A stretch of DNA of 64,000 nucleotides, taken from IMG/VR virus record IMGVR_UViG_3300045988_119069; one strand, written 5' to 3'. This stretch comes from a virus. Every line of letters starts with the position of its first letter. Position 1 is the stretch's first letter. The notes under the pieces were generated by a model. The model ran no database searches. It was not told the DNA's origin and saw only the letters and a list, made by a program, of their open reading frames with translations. Below are positions 64,000-64,000 of this stretch, piece after piece. Position numbers and translations under genes: made by a program.

Positions 64000-64000
64000 T

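Noticed and set aside
1-64000. Genome-wide TAG reassignment (genetic code 15).
   Set aside because: Many confident genes end in TAG: the tape measure at 15585, 8311-8901, MazG and 27100-27645. Reading through them gives long, non-protein-like extensions that overlap the next gene in another frame. At most a partial or conditional read-through is compatible with the sequence.

Overview
This window is about 64 kb of a tailed dsDNA phage or prophage. The host looks Bacteroidota-type: TAnnTTTG -7 promoter boxes, no Shine-Dalgarno sites, A/CA-rich leaders and lipobox lipoproteins.

Modules, in order:
- 1.1-7.3 kb, minus strand: packaging and DNA-modification operon (terL, NPPY N6-MTase, PP-loop PAPS-reductase-like gene, radical SAM).
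- 7.7-15.6 kb: holin-like gene and a 2029-aa tape measure.
- 15.6-19.4 kb: AT-rich repeat region, primase-like gene, and a Gmk-like/ThyX-like/MazG trio.
- 21.8-25.6 kb: initiator-like tRNA-Met, S49 protease/scaffold, putative major capsid.
- 25.8-28.9 kb: a terminator-bounded LysR moron and a Cys-rich membrane/secreted cluster.
- 29.7-43.9 kb: many small early-type genes, including YopX, GNAT, RtcB RNA ligase and an SPFH lipoprotein.
- 44-64 kb: putative portal, an N4/N6 MTase, tail and tail-fibre genes, an amidase endolysin and a reverse-strand lipoprotein.

The most striking feature lies in the early region. A circularly permuted C5-cytosine methyltransferase core has no target-recognition domain (TRD) of its own. 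It is accompanied by 12 short TRD-like mini-ORFs with conserved stop-start junctions.

Other recurring signals:
- Single in-frame TAG codons interrupt three otherwise intact genes, and a fourth TAG separates the scaffold and capsid ORFs in frame.
- A family of long, word-periodic intergenic hairpins.
- A TATAGAGA(A/C) box abutting many start codons.
- A shared C-rich/TATCTTTGT promoter class.

All calls come from motif recognition by eye plus the supplied ORF track. No database or folding computation was possible.
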